Assembly (NCBI GenBank): GCA_963760795.1
Contig: CAVXEP010000033.1
Span: 1 to 64,000, forward strand
DNA length: 64,000 nucleotides
Reading direction: 5' to 3'
Origin: an uncultured delta proteobacterium
GTDB taxonomy: Bacteria > Desulfobacterota > Binatia > UBA9968
Under the pieces are notes generated by a model. That model was given only the letters and a program-made list of their open reading frames with translations. It did not search any database and was not told the DNA's origin. Position 1 is the stretch's first letter; each line of letters starts with the position of its first letter. This document shows positions 62,018-64,000 of the stretch, in pieces. The translations under genes were made by a program, and so were the position numbers.

Positions 62018-63142
62018 CTACTTCAAAATTTTTCGCGCGAACTCGCCAGCCGGCTCGCGCCAGTTGGCGACCACGTCTTCACCGAAGAATCGTACTTTCT
62101 CGAACTCCTCCGGCGTGGAGACGTCTTTGGCCGCCGGGGTGTTGTAGCGCGTCAGCCATTTGGTGTCGACGTCGAAGCGCCGGGTGCCCTGGGTGAGGGC
62201 GCGGCCGTAGAGATCTTGGCCTTCCTTGCCGAGCAGCCAGTTGATGTAGACTTTAGCCGCGTTCGGATGGGGCGCGTTGGCCATGACCGCGACCGTGCCA
62301 AAGCCGTTGCTGCCGCCCATGCCTTCTTTGATCGATGTCAGTGCTTTGATCGGCAAGCCGCCTTTGATGTAGGGGTCGACAAAGCGCTGCGCCACGGCGA
62401 GGGCCACGGCGAGATTCCCTTTGGCCAGATTGACGGCGATCTGCTGGCCGTCGCGATGAATGTAGAGGTTTTGCTCGGCGAGTTTTTGCAGGAACTCTTT
62501 GCCTTTGGCGCGCATTAGATATCCCCACAAACCCTGGCCGGCGCTGGCGACCCGCGGCTCGAACATGCCGATCTTGCCTTTCCACTTGGGCTGCAACAGG
62601 TCGTCGTAGGAAGTGATTTCGTTGGCCTTGACCAAGTCCGAGTTGTAAAACGGCGGCACAGTGTAGTCGGCGGAGAAAGAATAGATAAAGCGGTTGGTTT
62701 TGACGTTGTCCTCCCACATATGTCCGCCCCACCATTGTTTGGCATCGCGAACTTCGGGGAGAACCACATTGTCCATAAACGGCGCGAGCATGTTGTCATT
62801 GCGCAGCGGCTGCAGCGTGCCCGAACCGCCGTGCAGCACGTCGAAATGCTTCACCCCGGCCTTGAATTCGGCGATCGCCCGTTGGGCATTCTGCGGCCCC
62901 GGCGCCGAGAGCAGCTCCAACTCGATGCCGAAGCGGCTTTCAAAAGTTTCTTTGAATTGCTTGCGCAGCACCGCGGTGGGCGGGCCGCCGGCGACGACTT
63001 TGCCTTCTTTCTTCGCCGCTTCGACGATGCGGCGCCATTCGTCTTGGGCATCGGCGGCAAACAGCTCGTGATTGGAATATGGCCAGCAAACCAACAGCAT
63101 TCCCAGGATGGAAATTTGCTTGAGTCTTAACGGCGAGAACAT
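62018..63142 (-). CDS. Extracellular solute-binding protein (Fe3+/thiamine-type ABC)
   Basis: EAAKKEGKVV, SYDDLLQPKWKGKI, APHPNAAKVYINWLLGKEGQ. Confidence 0.9.
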   Translation of the reverse strand: MFSPLRLKQISILGMLLVCWPYSNHELFAADAQDEWRRIVEAAKKEGKVVAGGPPTAVLRKQFKETFESRFGIELELLSAPGPQNAQRAIAEFKAGVKHFDVLHGGSGTLQPLRNDNMLAPFMDNVVLPEVRDAKQWWGGHMWEDNVKTNRFIYSFSADYTVPPFYNSDLVKANEITSYDDLLQPKWKGKIGMFEPRVASAGQGLWGYLMRAKGKEFLQKLAEQNLYIHRDGQQIAVNLAKGNLAVALAVAQRFVDPYIKGGLPIKALTSIKEGMGGSNGFGTVAVMANAPHPNAAKVYINWLLGKEGQDLYGRALTQGTRRFDVDTKWLTRYNTPAAKDVSTPEEFEKVRFFGEDVVANWREPAGEFARKILK

Positions 63143-63340
63143 TTTACGAGTCTCCAGAACTGATAAGCTGCTTTGGCGATTGTCTTATCCCGACAACGCT
63201 TGTGACATCAAGTCGTGCAATTCTTTTTTTGATCCCGCCGAGTTCCTGAGTGACTCTGCCATGAGTGCCGGGGCAGGTTTGAAACAGCCGAGGGCCGCGG
63301 CAGCCGCCAGCGTTTCCCCAGCGCCAGCACAGGGTTGCAG

Positions 63341-63380
63341 TTCGTTTTCGGGGTGATAAATTCGTTAGCGGGGTGATAAA
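63341..63380. repeat. 20-bp tandem direct repeat in a divergent promoter region
   Basis: ttcgttttcggggtgataaa / ttcgttagcggggtgataaa. Confidence 0.65.
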
Positions 63381-63557
63381 TAGGGTTCATCATGCCGTGT
63401 CGAAAAAGGTCTTCGCAACAGCAGTCGAAGAGAGCGTTCAGTCGGATGATCGCTGGCTTCGGCAGGATCAGTTTCGAATGCTTGAGTACATAGCCGTCGC
63501 GATCTCCAGGCCACGAGGCCAGATGTCGTCGCGCCGTTAACGCGGTCAGGGAGCTTT

Positions 63558-64000
63558 ATGTATTGCAATCATTTCGGCTTTGAGGAATTGCCCTTCAGTG
63601 TGACACCGGACCCGCGGTTCATTTACAACAGCGCCAACCACGAGGACGTGCTGGGCAAATTGCGCTACGGGATCGAGGCGAAGAAGGGGTTCATCGTCGT
63701 TTCAGGCGAGGCGGGTACCGGCAAAACGACACTTCTGCGCCGCTTGATGCGGAGTTTTTCAAATCGTATCGCGTACGCCTACATCTTCAATCCGCGTTTG
63801 AAATTCACCTCATTGTTACGTGCGATCCTCAAAGACTTGGGCCTTTCCGCCATGGCGACGGACAAGGAATCGATGCTGGAGCAACTCAACGACTACGTGC
63901 TGCGGCAACATGAGCAAGGGCGCATTGTGACCTGGATATTCGATGAGGCTCAGGGCCTGAGCGACGAAGTGTTGGAGGAACTCAGACTCCTGGGCAATCT
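63558..64000 (+). CDS. exeA: ExeA/GspA-family AAA ATPase (type II secretion associated; partial)
   Basis: Manual translation: MYCNHFGFEELPFSVTPDPRF...GFIVVSGEAGTGKTT...IFDEAQ. Confidence 0.85.
   Translation, partial: MYCNHFGFEELPFSVTPDPRFIYNSANHEDVLGKLRYGIEAKKGFIVVSGEAGTGKTTLLRRLMRSFSNRIAYAYIFNPRLKFTSLLRAILKDLGLSAMATDKESMLEQLNDYVLRQHEQGRIVTWIFDEAQGLSDEVLEELRLLGN

Overview
GC-rich bacterial chromosomal window with no rRNA, tRNA, CRISPR array or transposase that I can recognise. It is dominated by solute-binding proteins (SBPs): about 15 SBP genes but only one ABC permease/ATPase pair. These are interleaved with catabolic enzymes: five amidohydro_2-type amidohydrolases plus one Tat-exported deaminase-like enzyme, three VOC proteins, two gentisate-dioxygenase-type cupins, HpaB, an LLM monooxygenase, a flavin reductase, an enolase-superfamily enzyme, a ThDP enzyme, an amidase, two GSTs and GFA. 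Envelope or secreted proteins include a bactofilin, TPR/VWA/beta-helix lipoproteins and a multidomain metallophosphoesterase; an ExeA/GspA-like ATPase begins at the right edge. Gene content and repeat style suggest a Candidatus Binatia-like deltaproteobacterial assembly (inference, not verified). About a dozen genes are broken by frameshifts, mostly single-base insertions, probably long-read assembly errors. The most notable observation is a sigma-54-driven small secreted-protein gene (44060-44386) whose predicted mRNA 5' and 3' ends form a 15-bp stem with a G-U wobble, and which has an overlapping upstream ORF. Other notable items: a sigma-54 bactofilin/zinc-ribbon operon, two Asp/Glu-racemase-fold proteins lacking catalytic cysteines, an amidase with a small AtzG/GatC-like partner, a minimal secreted FGE-fold protein, tandem membrane-anchored methyltransferases, and composite REP-like palindromes, some read in frame in protein N-termini. 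All family assignments are from motif recognition by eye; no searches were run.
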